Shown here: positions 55,361 to 64,000 of the stretch, in pieces
Numbering within the stretch: the first letter of the stretch is position 1
Layout: each line of letters begins with the position of its first letter
IMG/VR virus record: IMGVR_UViG_3300045988_072133
Coordinates: 32,001 to 96,000 of that record
Length of the DNA: 64,000 bases
Direction: 5' to 3' (one strand)
Origin: a virus
Position numbers and translations under genes: made by a program
The notes under the pieces: model-generated
The model's input: the letters and a program-made list of their open reading frames with translations, nothing else
Database searches by the model: none
Told to the model about the DNA's origin: nothing

Positions 55361-56264
55361 GAAAGAACTCGTATTGATGGCTATTGCTGCAGGTAAGCCT
55401 GTTGCTGAAGGTAATGCATTTCCTGTGTACACTGGTGTGGTACCGATGAAAATTATTGCTATTAACCCTAACAAGAAGGAGTTGGAAGCAATCTATGGAA
55501 GACCCTTTGAGAACGATCCTGAGTATCTCGGTGTAGATCCTCGAACTGGTATTAAGCGTCTTCGTATAGATTTCATTGGTAAAACTATTCCTGAGAAATG
55601 TAATGGTATCGAGATGACTACTCGTATCACTACGTGGGTAAGTGATGCTGTTCAGTATAATGCTGACAAGTCTAAGGTTAAGGTAATTAATCCGTATGGA
55701 CAAACAACATGGCTCACTAAGGAAGAATTCAAGGAGAAGCGTTTACCTGATAATGTGCCTGCATCCATGTTCCTAATGGAGGACCCCCGCCCGTGTCTCA
55801 TAGGTGAGGAAAGACTTATGCGAATAGTGCAAGCCTCAGTAAATATTCCCAGAGTTGTAGCAGATTTTGCTACTGGGGAGCTTATCAAGAATAAAGCCGA
55901 TGCTAGCTGTAGATTTGATACCCTCAAAGATATGATAGGCAAAGGAAACCTTGTTGAGCTGAAGAGTATTATTCCGGCTATGAAGCTTTTCAAGATGGGT
56001 GCTGGAGCCAGAACTACGGATGATAATCGTGTCTATCAGGACTGGTTCATAGACTATCCTATGAAGGGAGGATCTAATGACATGAAGTATTATGATGCTG
56101 CCCTAAAGAAAGCTAAAGCCAATGGTGCTTATCCCAACACAGACTTTGGTGATATGCCTTATGAAGTTCAAGAATACGTAGTTAAACCTACGAACTTGAG
56201 AGCTGCAGTAGCAGAAGTACCTGTAGCAGTAGGTATGGATGATGACTTAGAAGCTGACTGGTAA
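55347..56264 (+). CDS. hypothetical protein (replication module)
   Basis: 305-aa ORF between ATPase and primase-like genes. Confidence 0.45.
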   Translation: MTMNKKELVLMAIAAGKPVAEGNAFPVYTGVVPMKIIAINPNKKELEAIYGRPFENDPEYLGVDPRTGIKRLRIDFIGKTIPEKCNGIEMTTRITTWVSDAVQYNADKSKVKVINPYGQTTWLTKEEFKEKRLPDNVPASMFLMEDPRPCLIGEERLMRIVQASVNIPRVVADFATGELIKNKADASCRFDTLKDMIGKGNLVELKSIIPAMKLFKMGAGARTTDDNRVYQDWFIDYPMKGGSNDMKYYDAALKKAKANGAYPNTDFGDMPYEVQEYVVKPTNLRAAVAEVPVAVGMDDDLEADW

Positions 56265-57301
56265 TGGCTATAGCGAGAGGGAAAGTAGTTGATGTTAAAG
56301 AAGAGGTCTTTTCGAAAGTCTCTGAAAGCGATATCCTATATTTCTATCTCGGAATAACACATTTGCCAATAGTAATTTGTAGCCCTTTGAGGAAGGATAC
56401 TAATCCTTCCTTGGGGTTACATTACAACAAAAGTGGTCATATAGTATATAAGGATTTTGCTACTGGGGAAGGAGGATCTTTGTATACTCTCCTTATGAAA
56501 ATACTTAATTTATCATTTGGAGAGCTTATGGAGAATATCTATTTAAACCTCGTAGAATCGACTAACTGCACTACTAGTACTCCTATATTACAATATGATA
56601 GAAAGAGTACTAAATCGGCTAAAAAGCCCTCTGTCGTGGATATTCAGGTTGCCCTTAGACCTTGGAAGTCTTGGGACAGAGAATACTGGAGTTCTTATGG
56701 TATAACCAAAGAATTTCTTAAGTTCGGAAAAGTTTTTCCCGTAAGTCACATCTTCCTAATACGAGAAGATGAGTCCTGTACTTCTGTACCAGCAGAAAAA
56801 CATGCTTATGTATACATTGAAGAGAAAGATAACAAGATTTCTCTGAAAGTTTATCAGCCATTTAGTAAAGACTATAAGTGGATAAATAAGCATACTTCTG
56901 ATGTGTGGGATTTATGGCAACAGTTACCACTGACTGGAGATTACCTTATTATTACTAGCTCCCGAAAAGATGCTTTGTGTATATGGTGTAATACAGGAAT
57001 TCCTGCCTGTAGTCTTCAAGCAGAATCATATCTCCCTAAAGAAAGTGTTATCAATGAGTTAAAAGGTAGGTTCAAGAATATCTTTATACTCTATGATAAT
57101 GATTTCAGTAAACCTGTGAATCATGGTAGGGAATATGGTAAAACTCTTGCTAGTACCTTCGGATTACCACAGATTGAGCTGCCTGAAGAACTTGGTGCTA
57201 AAGATAGCTCTGATCTATATCAGTTACATGGTAGAGAAGTTTTAAGGGACACAATATTTAAATTAACTGGTTATGAACAAGATCAAACTTGCCCGTTTTG
57301 A
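56264..57301 (+). CDS. primase-like protein (degenerate Toprim)
   Basis: YLIITSSRKDALCIW and FILYDNDFSKPVNHG resemble Toprim E/DxD blocks (acidic E replaced); weak. Confidence 0.3.
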   Translation: MAIARGKVVDVKEEVFSKVSESDILYFYLGITHLPIVICSPLRKDTNPSLGLHYNKSGHIVYKDFATGEGGSLYTLLMKILNLSFGELMENIYLNLVESTNCTTSTPILQYDRKSTKSAKKPSVVDIQVALRPWKSWDREYWSSYGITKEFLKFGKVFPVSHIFLIREDESCTSVPAEKHAYVYIEEKDNKISLKVYQPFSKDYKWINKHTSDVWDLWQQLPLTGDYLIITSSRKDALCIWCNTGIPACSLQAESYLPKESVINELKGRFKNIFILYDNDFSKPVNHGREYGKTLASTFGLPQIELPEELGAKDSSDLYQLHGREVLRDTIFKLTGYEQDQTCPF

Positions 57302-57515
57302 TGATCCGAAGTGGACATATAAGCAATTGTGTAAGTATGCTCTCAAGTATAGGAAAATGCTTGCTAGCAAGGCGATTTCTTATCGTAACAAAGATAAACT
57401 CGCAGAAGCAATAGAGGTAAATTATGTGTATGAAACTCTTTACCGGTACAATTCAATTCCCCGGTATTTACTCATTAAGAGATTAAAAGAAGCTCAAAAG
57501 TTGTTGTACAAATAA
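57273..57515 (+). CDS. hypothetical protein
   Basis: 80-aa ORF. Confidence 0.4.
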   Translation: MNKIKLARFDDPKWTYKQLCKYALKYRKMLASKAISYRNKDKLAEAIEVNYVYETLYRYNSIPRYLLIKRLKEAQKLLYK

Positions 57516-57537
57516 AATCTAAGTAGGTATCATTCCT

Positions 57538-58296
57538 ATGTTCTATCTAAAAATTCGTTCTAAAAATCACACTGCGAATGGTCTTCGTAGAGTGATCAGG
57601 AGTACTAAAAGAGCCCTTCTGAGGCTTGGAAGCACAACTCCTACAGCGGTAGTTTTCCCGTATTTACGCCCAGGAACTGAGGTCCTTGAGCTGAACTCTG
57701 TAGACGCATGTAAAATCTCAGGTAACAAAACTTTGATGAAGCAAGCTTTTGATGAAGCACAAGTTACCTCCTCTGAATGGGGCCCTGTAAATGAAGAATG
57801 GGATAAATTCCCTGCGATCATTAAACATAACCATTCAAGTAAAGGGAATGGTATCTACTACATCAAAGATCAAGAAGCTCTACGAGATTGGTTAGGATCT
57901 CATAATCCTGCTAATCACATCATAGAGAAGTATTACACGTACAACCGTGAATACCGACTTCATGTAACTAAGGATGGGTATTTCTATACCTGTCGGAAGA
58001 TGCTTCGGAGAGATGCAGAAGAACGTTGGCATCGTCATGATAATAACAGTGTATGGATTGTCGAGGAAAATCCTCAATTCGATAAACCTACTAACTGGGA
58101 TGCTATCGTAGCAGAATGTGTCAAAGCCCTCAACGCTGTAGGATTAGATATTGCTGCTATTGATGTCAAAGTTCAATCTGCTGATAAAGGTCAGGATCCT
58201 AAGTTTATCATCCTGGAAACAAACAGTGCACCCTCGTTGGGTGAAAGAACCACAGAAGAATATATCAACAAGTTAACACAAATCGTAAATGCCTAA
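57538..58296 (+). CDS. ATP-grasp ligase, RimK/glutathione-synthetase-like
   Basis: DKFPAIIKHNHSSKGNGIYYI (K..GS.G.G ATP-binding loop) and C-terminal FIILETNSAPSL (ATP-grasp Mg-binding E-x-N motif). Confidence 0.65.
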   Translation: MFYLKIRSKNHTANGLRRVIRSTKRALLRLGSTTPTAVVFPYLRPGTEVLELNSVDACKISGNKTLMKQAFDEAQVTSSEWGPVNEEWDKFPAIIKHNHSSKGNGIYYIKDQEALRDWLGSHNPANHIIEKYYTYNREYRLHVTKDGYFYTCRKMLRRDAEERWHRHDNNSVWIVEENPQFDKPTNWDAIVAECVKALNAVGLDIAAIDVKVQSADKGQDPKFIILETNSAPSLGERTTEEYINKLTQIVNA

Positions 58297-59272
58297 TACT
58301 ATTCTTACAGGTACTGCTCTCTGCTGTGAGGCAGCAATTTCGGTGAAAGTGCTTAAGGGAGATGGGAGCAAATCCCCTTCGTATAACTACGAGCTACACA
58401 ATAAGCCTTGCTTTGGAATATATTTTAACAGTGCTCCCAATAGCAATGGTCGAACTAAGACTTTAGTGGATATCAAAGCAGATGTCTATCAATATATTGA
58501 TCAAGACATGTTAGTTAAAAATCATGAAAATAACTACTGTTCTCTGGCTCCTGATCAACTGCATAAGTACCACCGAGAGCTCGAATTTGTGTTCGCTAAG
58601 TATTCTTCTAAAGAAGATACGGGAGTAAAACTTTCTGTAGAGGAGACTACAAGGTTGTATGATATGGATCGATGCAAGGACGGAGTTCTTTGTCCTGCTA
58701 TTAAGATCCATGTAGAAGCTAAGAAGATGAGTGCATATCAGTTTCTGTGTCTTCTTACTCTCATCAGATGTTCTTCTGAATATCCGAATGCTCTACTACT
58801 CAAAGAATGTTTTAACCTTCAAGAGAAAGGGTATTTCAGGGAGTTCTCTATCATGAGTCTCTTTGCTCTGCTGCAAAATCGTCTGCAATATTCTTACGAC
58901 CAAGGACCTATACAGTGGGTAGAGGATAGCAGACACTATTTCTACAAACCCTCGTGTCTAGAATTCCTTCAGAAGAGAATAATGTGTAATTCTGCAGCTT
59001 ATGTAGATACAAACTACAAGGTTCAGAATTTCTATGAAGTAGTTGAAAGAGGTCCTAGGAATAAGAGCAAATTTGTTTTGCCCAAATACACAATGGGCGG
59101 AGGTGATGCGACTGGTAAAGAAAAGCTCTTTGATACGAATGCAATCATCACAACTATCTTTGATGGAGACGTTCCAGAAGATCATGTAGAATGTTTTAAG
59201 AATATTCTAGCAGCTATCAAAGGCCAGTTTCCTAAACTGAAAGTGGACTATCCTCAAGAGTTAAAATCTTAG
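58289..59272 (+). CDS. hypothetical protein within amide-ligase cluster
   Basis: 327-aa ORF, Cys-rich, no recognised motif. Confidence 0.5.
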   Translation: MPNTILTGTALCCEAAISVKVLKGDGSKSPSYNYELHNKPCFGIYFNSAPNSNGRTKTLVDIKADVYQYIDQDMLVKNHENNYCSLAPDQLHKYHRELEFVFAKYSSKEDTGVKLSVEETTRLYDMDRCKDGVLCPAIKIHVEAKKMSAYQFLCLLTLIRCSSEYPNALLLKECFNLQEKGYFREFSIMSLFALLQNRLQYSYDQGPIQWVEDSRHYFYKPSCLEFLQKRIMCNSAAYVDTNYKVQNFYEVVERGPRNKSKFVLPKYTMGGGDATGKEKLFDTNAIITTIFDGDVPEDHVECFKNILAAIKGQFPKLKVDYPQELKS

Positions 59273-59275
59273 TAT

Positions 59276-60247
59276 ATGACCTTAGAAGAAATCCAAAGGC
59301 TTAATGTAGGATTACTGAATTTGAGGGCAAATTATTCTGTAGTTCTAGTAAAGGATAACAAACTATGTCGTAGAACCTTTAAGAATAGCGATGCTTGCTT
59401 CTCAAGTTCGTGGGCCTATATAAAAAACTCAAACTCTCCCAAAGAGTATGATAAGGTTAGAATACGCATTAGTGCTTGTACGGATGCTAATATTAATATA
59501 TTATTTGAGCAGGATAACCTAGTGTGCCTTAAGGAAGTTCAAGTTATAGAGTGGCTAGATCACCTGTGTGAAATATTTAGTAAATATAGTTTAACGTATA
59601 AAATTATACCAGCTACTATATATACAGGCTATGAGTATCATACAGGTGATGCTCTTAAAGGGATACACATAGTAGTTAAAGCTCAAAATATTCCAGGATT
59701 CTATGTCAAATGGATAATGAGCTATGTCAGACTAATATATGAAAGTTCGACTTCGCTAGTGTTAAGAGAAACTTTTACTCTGCGAAATCTTATTCCAGAG
59801 TTAAAATATCTCCCACTTCTATCAGCATTCATGTTTGTGAATACAACAGGAAGGGATACTCATGCGTTTACTGCAATGGTAACACGAACAGCTATGCAGC
59901 CCAAAACATGCATATTTACTCCCAGAACGTTGAAGAGTATCCAAAAAGTAGTAAATGCACATAACTTTCCTGATCCTACTGTATACATAGATAAATGGCA
60001 TGAGGAAGTATTTCTTCCTAGAAGCGTCTCTTATGAATCCGCTGAAAACCTAAGCTTTAGGGAAATGGCAAATAAGATATGGTACACTATATCACATACT
60101 GATGCACCTAAAACGAATGAGCTAGGACACTTTAGATTCAACGAGCCAATATATGTCAGAAAGTATGTATTTCAGGATAAGATTCCTGAATCTATTGTAG
60201 ATCTCTACAAAGCAATGTACAAAAAAATTTGTCCTTACATCAATTAG
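59276..60247 (+). CDS. hypothetical protein within amide-ligase cluster
   Basis: 323-aa ORF. Confidence 0.5.
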   Translation: MTLEEIQRLNVGLLNLRANYSVVLVKDNKLCRRTFKNSDACFSSSWAYIKNSNSPKEYDKVRIRISACTDANINILFEQDNLVCLKEVQVIEWLDHLCEIFSKYSLTYKIIPATIYTGYEYHTGDALKGIHIVVKAQNIPGFYVKWIMSYVRLIYESSTSLVLRETFTLRNLIPELKYLPLLSAFMFVNTTGRDTHAFTAMVTRTAMQPKTCIFTPRTLKSIQKVVNAHNFPDPTVYIDKWHEEVFLPRSVSYESAENLSFREMANKIWYTISHTDAPKTNELGHFRFNEPIYVRKYVFQDKIPESIVDLYKAMYKKICPYIN

Positions 60248-60251
60248 TTAC

Positions 60252-60884
60252 ATGAGAAAACCTATCAAAGTTTATGTTGTTGGCCATGATTGGTGCAACA
60301 TCACAAGCTTTTTATTGTTTGACTTCGAGAAAGTTGATAATATTAAAGAAGCTGATATCGTAATGTTTACGGGAGGAGAGGATATTAATCCTGCCCTTTA
60401 TGGAGATGTTCCTCACCCCACAACTCATTTCTCGAACAGAGATGACATGGAGGTATTAGCTTTCAAAGATGCTCCTAAAGAAGCCCTGCTTATTGGAGGC
60501 TGTAGAGGTGCTCAACTTTTAACAGCCCTCAGTGGTGGTAAGCTTTTCCAGCACGTTACTGGCCATAGTGGAAGTACTGGAGTTCATAATATTACAGCAT
60601 CTGATAATCGCACAGTGAGGATTACCTCCTGTCATCATCAGATGATGAATCCCTATGATCTTCCTGAAGAAGACTATGAGCTGCTAGCCTGGTCTACTGT
60701 AAACCTGAGCTCAGCATATTGTATCGGAGCAGGTCCGGTAGAAGTTCCGCAAAACTTCAAAGAACCTGAGATTGTCTATTATCCTAAGACACGTGCTTTA
60801 TGCATTCAAGGACATCCCGAATGGATGCCTAAGGATCAACCTGTAATTGCATATATTAACGAACTTATTGAAAAGTATCTGTAA
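60252..60884 (+). CDS. class-I glutamine amidotransferase-fold peptidase C26 (gamma-glutamyl hydrolase, PuuD-like)
   Basis: FTGGEDINPALYG (C26 signature GG.D..P..YG), nucleophile elbow IGGCRGAQ, catalytic CIQGHPE. Confidence 0.75.
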   Translation: MRKPIKVYVVGHDWCNITSFLLFDFEKVDNIKEADIVMFTGGEDINPALYGDVPHPTTHFSNRDDMEVLAFKDAPKEALLIGGCRGAQLLTALSGGKLFQHVTGHSGSTGVHNITASDNRTVRITSCHHQMMNPYDLPEEDYELLAWSTVNLSSAYCIGAGPVEVPQNFKEPEIVYYPKTRALCIQGHPEWMPKDQPVIAYINELIEKYL

Positions 60885-61687
60885 TGAAAATTAAAGAATT
60901 TTTAATCGGCTCAGATCCTGAGCTGTTCATCGTAGACAAATCTAAGGATAATAAGATTATCTCTTCCATTGGGTTGATTCCCGGTGTTAAGGGACATGCC
61001 TACAAACCTGCAGAGCTTCCTGAAGGATTTGGCCTGCAGATTGACAATATCCTCGCGGAGTTTAATATTCCTCCTACGTGTTATAAGGAGGATTTTATAG
61101 CTCACATGATGGTCATGAAAGACTATATTCGAGACTATGTGAAATCTAAGAATCCGAATTATGATATCTGTTGCAAAGCATCTGCTTTAGTAGATGAGGA
61201 TCAACTCCAGAGTGATGAGGCAAAATTGTTTGGATGTTCACCAGATTACAATGCATGGCTGGGAGAGCAGAACCCTCGTCCCCAGGGAGATACTACAAAT
61301 TTAAGAACGACGGGTTGTCATTTCCATATCGGATATGAGGGTCATGATCGTGACACTTCAATGGAATTAGTTCGCATTCTGGATTTGTTCCTTGGAGTGC
61401 CTTCAATTCTCATCGATGAGGATGATCGAAGACGACAGCTTTATGGTAAGGCAGGATGTTTCCGATTCACTTCGTATGGTGTAGAATATCGAGTTATGTC
61501 CGGATACTTCATCAACTCCCCCAGGCTTATTGGATGGTGCTTTGATCAGATCCTGGCAGCTATTGAATTCCTGAACAACGGAGATTCAGTAGATGAAGAT
61601 GCTGCAGATATTGTGGATGCTATTAACAATAACAACCGCAAAGCTGCAGAAGATTTAATTAAGAAGTATAAAATTAATTTAGTCTAA
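60884..61687 (+). CDS. COOH-NH2 ligase (glutamine-synthetase-fold, GCS2/phage type-2 amidoligase-like)
   Basis: N-terminal IGSDPELFIVD acidic metal-binding strand, HFHIGY and RFTSYGVEYRV blocks resembling carboxylate-amine ligase family; gene start overlaps upstream stop. Confidence 0.45.
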   Translation: MKIKEFLIGSDPELFIVDKSKDNKIISSIGLIPGVKGHAYKPAELPEGFGLQIDNILAEFNIPPTCYKEDFIAHMMVMKDYIRDYVKSKNPNYDICCKASALVDEDQLQSDEAKLFGCSPDYNAWLGEQNPRPQGDTTNLRTTGCHFHIGYEGHDRDTSMELVRILDLFLGVPSILIDEDDRRRQLYGKAGCFRFTSYGVEYRVMSGYFINSPRLIGWCFDQILAAIEFLNNGDSVDEDAADIVDAINNNNRKAAEDLIKKYKINLV

Positions 61688-61692
61688 GAATA

Positions 61693-63183
61693 ATGTGTGG
61701 AATATTTGGATTTGCTGGTAAACTCGGCAATCACGAATTTAATATTCTTAAGTTCTCTATACTTGGAGCAATTAACGATAGCAGAGGGGGTGATTCTGCA
61801 GGAGCGTTTATTGATGGTAAATGTGAATGGGGTATCAGCGATGAGAAACTCTTTGCTAATTTTGCTACCAAGAATAAGTTTCTAAAGGGTTACAGAGGAG
61901 TATCAGTACAACACGCACTTGGTCATTGTAGGAAAGCATCTGTGGGAGCTAAAACCATCAAGGAAGCTCAGCCTGTATGTATTCCTAATGATGAGGATTC
62001 GAAGATCGACTTCGCAATGATTCATAATGGTACTCTTTTGAATCATAACGAACTGAAGAATAAGTATCTCGCAAAGGTGCCTGATCATTTTACTGACTCC
62101 CAAATATTCGCCAATGTGGTTTACTATCATGGCTTCAAAGTATTAGAGGAGTATGATGGTGCAGGAGCTTTTGCATTCGTAGATTACAGGAAGAAAATTC
62201 CTACATTCTACTTATTCAAGGGAGAGAGTCCTCAGTACAGAAGTAGTGTTACTTCATCTGAGGAACGTCCTCTTTTCTGGGTTAAGACTCCTGAAGGAAT
62301 ATGGTTTTCTTCAATTAAGGAATCTCTTGAACTCATAACCTACGGAGATTATGACATTGAAAGTGTTCCTGGGAATACCCTTATCATTATCCAGAACGGT
62401 CGTGTTATATCTACAAGAAAGTATGATCGTAGTGGCCGATTTCAGGTCAGTTATGGCTCGAAATACTATGCTAAAGACTACGATAGGGAAGACTACTATG
62501 GATATGGGTCATATGGCTACAAGAACACATCGGCGGGGGCGACGACTCCGAAGAAGAACGAAGAGGAGCCGTGGTTCAAGGTAGGAGATACTAAAACTTT
62601 CGAAGCTACAAGTATTGTAGCAGGTGAAGCAGAGGCCCGCTATGATTATGTCAATAGCAATAAGGTTATCTTCAAACCTGATGGACGTTATTATAAGGGC
62701 AAAGTCCTTATGAGTGGTCCCTACAGAATTTCAGAATACGGCTTCGAGAATACCTACTCGAATCTCGGAACTGATGTTGTAGCACGTCCCAAGACATTCT
62801 ATTTCTTCCAGGGCTTCCTGATGAAAGATGCTCTTTGCATGCATATAGCACGCAGAATCTATGAAATGGCTGGGGACAAGTTTAAGGATACTATGCTTCG
62901 GAAGTTAACTATGGGATGTTTCTATGATCCTGAGTTAAAGAAGTTCTACACTCGGAAAGGTAAGTTATTTACAGGAACTTATCCTGTATATTTCACTCTT
63001 ACCAATCGGGTATACAAGATTCAGCGTGGAGAGATTTATCAATACACAGAGTCTTATAATCCGAATTCCTGTAGTGTATGGAAAACGTACTGTCCACAGT
63101 ATGAGGGTCCGGAGGTTCCGGTAAAGTTCGCTAACTTGATTGAAAAGTCAGCTAAGAAGATCATGTCTATTTACAACGTTTAA
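61693..63183 (+). CDS. Ntn-hydrolase class-II glutamine amidotransferase domain protein
   Basis: N-terminal MCGIFGF (Cys2 nucleophile directly after Met) and RGGDSAGAF (R-G-x-D-x-x-G) as in PurF/GlmS/AsnB GATase-II domains; 496 aa with Gly/Tyr-rich linker and non-GATase C-terminal half. Confidence 0.7.
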   Translation: MCGIFGFAGKLGNHEFNILKFSILGAINDSRGGDSAGAFIDGKCEWGISDEKLFANFATKNKFLKGYRGVSVQHALGHCRKASVGAKTIKEAQPVCIPNDEDSKIDFAMIHNGTLLNHNELKNKYLAKVPDHFTDSQIFANVVYYHGFKVLEEYDGAGAFAFVDYRKKIPTFYLFKGESPQYRSSVTSSEERPLFWVKTPEGIWFSSIKESLELITYGDYDIESVPGNTLIIIQNGRVISTRKYDRSGRFQVSYGSKYYAKDYDREDYYGYGSYGYKNTSAGATTPKKNEEEPWFKVGDTKTFEATSIVAGEAEARYDYVNSNKVIFKPDGRYYKGKVLMSGPYRISEYGFENTYSNLGTDVVARPKTFYFFQGFLMKDALCMHIARRIYEMAGDKFKDTMLRKLTMGCFYDPELKKFYTRKGKLFTGTYPVYFTLTNRVYKIQRGEIYQYTESYNPNSCSVWKTYCPQYEGPEVPVKFANLIEKSAKKIMSIYNV

Positions 63184-63191
63184 CATTAGTA

Positions 63192-64000
63192 ATGTTACAG
63201 AGAACAACTCGTATTACAACGGCTTCAGGTAAAAGAGTTCTGAAGTCGAACTGTTGCACCATCAATGGTGAGTACTACATCAAAGAAGAGGAAGCTGTTA
63301 AGATCGGAACATCATGGTATCTGAAGCAGGATCCGAGAATCTTCTATGATTATGGCTCACGATCCTGGAGGAAGACTCGTGGTGTTAACATCTGCAAGGG
63401 AGTTGTAGGATGGGATTCATCAAATACTCGTCCTATAATTGGAGCTTTTGAAGTAGACCACACTCGCAACATTGATGTTGCTAAGCTAGATTCCTGTGGT
63501 AATATTCAAAATATGGTTACGTATATGGATCGGTCTCTTCTCCAAGGGCTGGTCCATTATAACAAAAACCTGGGAATCTACGAAGACACTACTGCACTCA
63601 GTCCTATCCTTAAGAAGGTAGAAGGTGTTTTAGCTAACACTATAGGACAGGGTGTATACAACTATTCTTTTAATCAGGAGTATTCTTCAAGTAAACACAT
63701 GGAGAAGTTCCTCAAATATCCCCGCGATATGAGAATTGATAACCCTATCAATATCCCTGATGTAAAAGAATTTGGAGAGTTCTCCTTTGGTCTAGAGTTC
63801 GAAACTGCTGCTGGAAAGTTGAGCCAAGCACAATGTTTTAACTTAGGACTTATTCCTCTGCGAGATGGTTCTATCTCAGGTATTGAGTATACTACTATAC
63901 CTATGAAAGGACCTGAGGGATTTAATCTCTTAATCAATCAGGTGAAGACTCTACAAAAGAGTACTACCTTTGATAAGGATTGTTCCCTTCACGTACATTT
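63192..64000 (+). CDS. hypothetical protein, partial (continues beyond window)
   Basis: ATG 9 nt after upstream stop; open to window end (MLQRTTRITTASGK...). Confidence 0.45.
   Translation, partial: MLQRTTRITTASGKRVLKSNCCTINGEYYIKEEEAVKIGTSWYLKQDPRIFYDYGSRSWRKTRGVNICKGVVGWDSSNTRPIIGAFEVDHTRNIDVAKLDSCGNIQNMVTYMDRSLLQGLVHYNKNLGIYEDTTALSPILKKVEGVLANTIGQGVYNYSFNQEYSSSKHMEKFLKYPRDMRIDNPINIPDVKEFGEFSFGLEFETAAGKLSQAQCFNLGLIPLRDGSISGIEYTTIPMKGPEGFNLLINQVKTLQKSTTFDKDCSLHVH

Noticed and set aside
55141-55993. Minus-strand ORFs (55141-55353, 55268-55474, 55338-55703, 55652-55993, 57567-57821, 61903-62130 etc.) within the plus-strand block
   Set aside because: They are antisense to well-supported plus-strand genes and are shadow ORFs.
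1-64000. CRISPR arrays, integrase/att sites, transposons or IS elements
   Set aside because: No regularly spaced direct repeats, no tyrosine or serine recombinase-like ORF and no terminal inverted repeats with transposase were seen.

Overview
The window is an AT-rich segment (roughly mid-30s % GC by eye) of a large tailed dsDNA bacteriophage genome. Genes are tightly packed, Shine-Dalgarno motifs are weak or absent, and there are many tRNAs. No CRISPR array, integrase or transposon was seen, and the standard genetic code fits nearly all genes.

Two divergent transcription blocks meet at about 35.8-36.1 kb.

(1) Minus-strand block, 1-35.8 kb. This is the packaging and morphogenesis module. Motifs support a large terminase, a 798-aa portal candidate, an acidic scaffold-like protein followed by a 504-aa putative major capsid protein, a 771-aa collagen-repeat tail fibre, and several large tail and structural proteins. 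It also carries a GroEL-like chaperonin with no GroES partner and a multidomain lysin (HExxH plus a T4-lysozyme-like C-terminus). Small TM proteins, a DEDD exonuclease, two GIY-YIG-type homing endonucleases and a tRNA-Asn complete the block.

(2) Plus-strand block, 36.1-64 kb. It opens with a compositionally anomalous GC-rich island (structured leader plus a 150-aa ORF). About 30 small early-type ORFs follow. Interspersed are six tRNAs (Met, Ser, Arg, Leu, Gln, Thr), two tRNA 3'-fragments and an HNH endonuclease. A 3-member Cys-rich paralogue family, a secreted glucosaminidase, a metallophosphoesterase and a 1-kb ORF-free tract also lie here. Next comes a replication module (DnaB/RecA-like ATPase, AAA_24-type ATPase, primase-like protein). 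The block ends in a conspicuous amide-bond enzymology cluster. Its members are a RimK-like ATP-grasp ligase, two unknown proteins, a peptidase-C26/gamma-glutamyl-hydrolase-like GATase1 protein, a GCS2-like COOH-NH2 ligase and an Ntn class-II glutamine amidotransferase.

Several recurring non-coding elements stand out:
- poly-G/poly-C hairpin terminators;
- a thrice-repeated AT-rich palindrome upstream of minus-strand units;
- a polypyrimidine C6-T-rich repeat tract.

One ORF (44715-45017) is interrupted by a single in-frame TAG.

All functional calls come from motif recognition by eye, not database searches.
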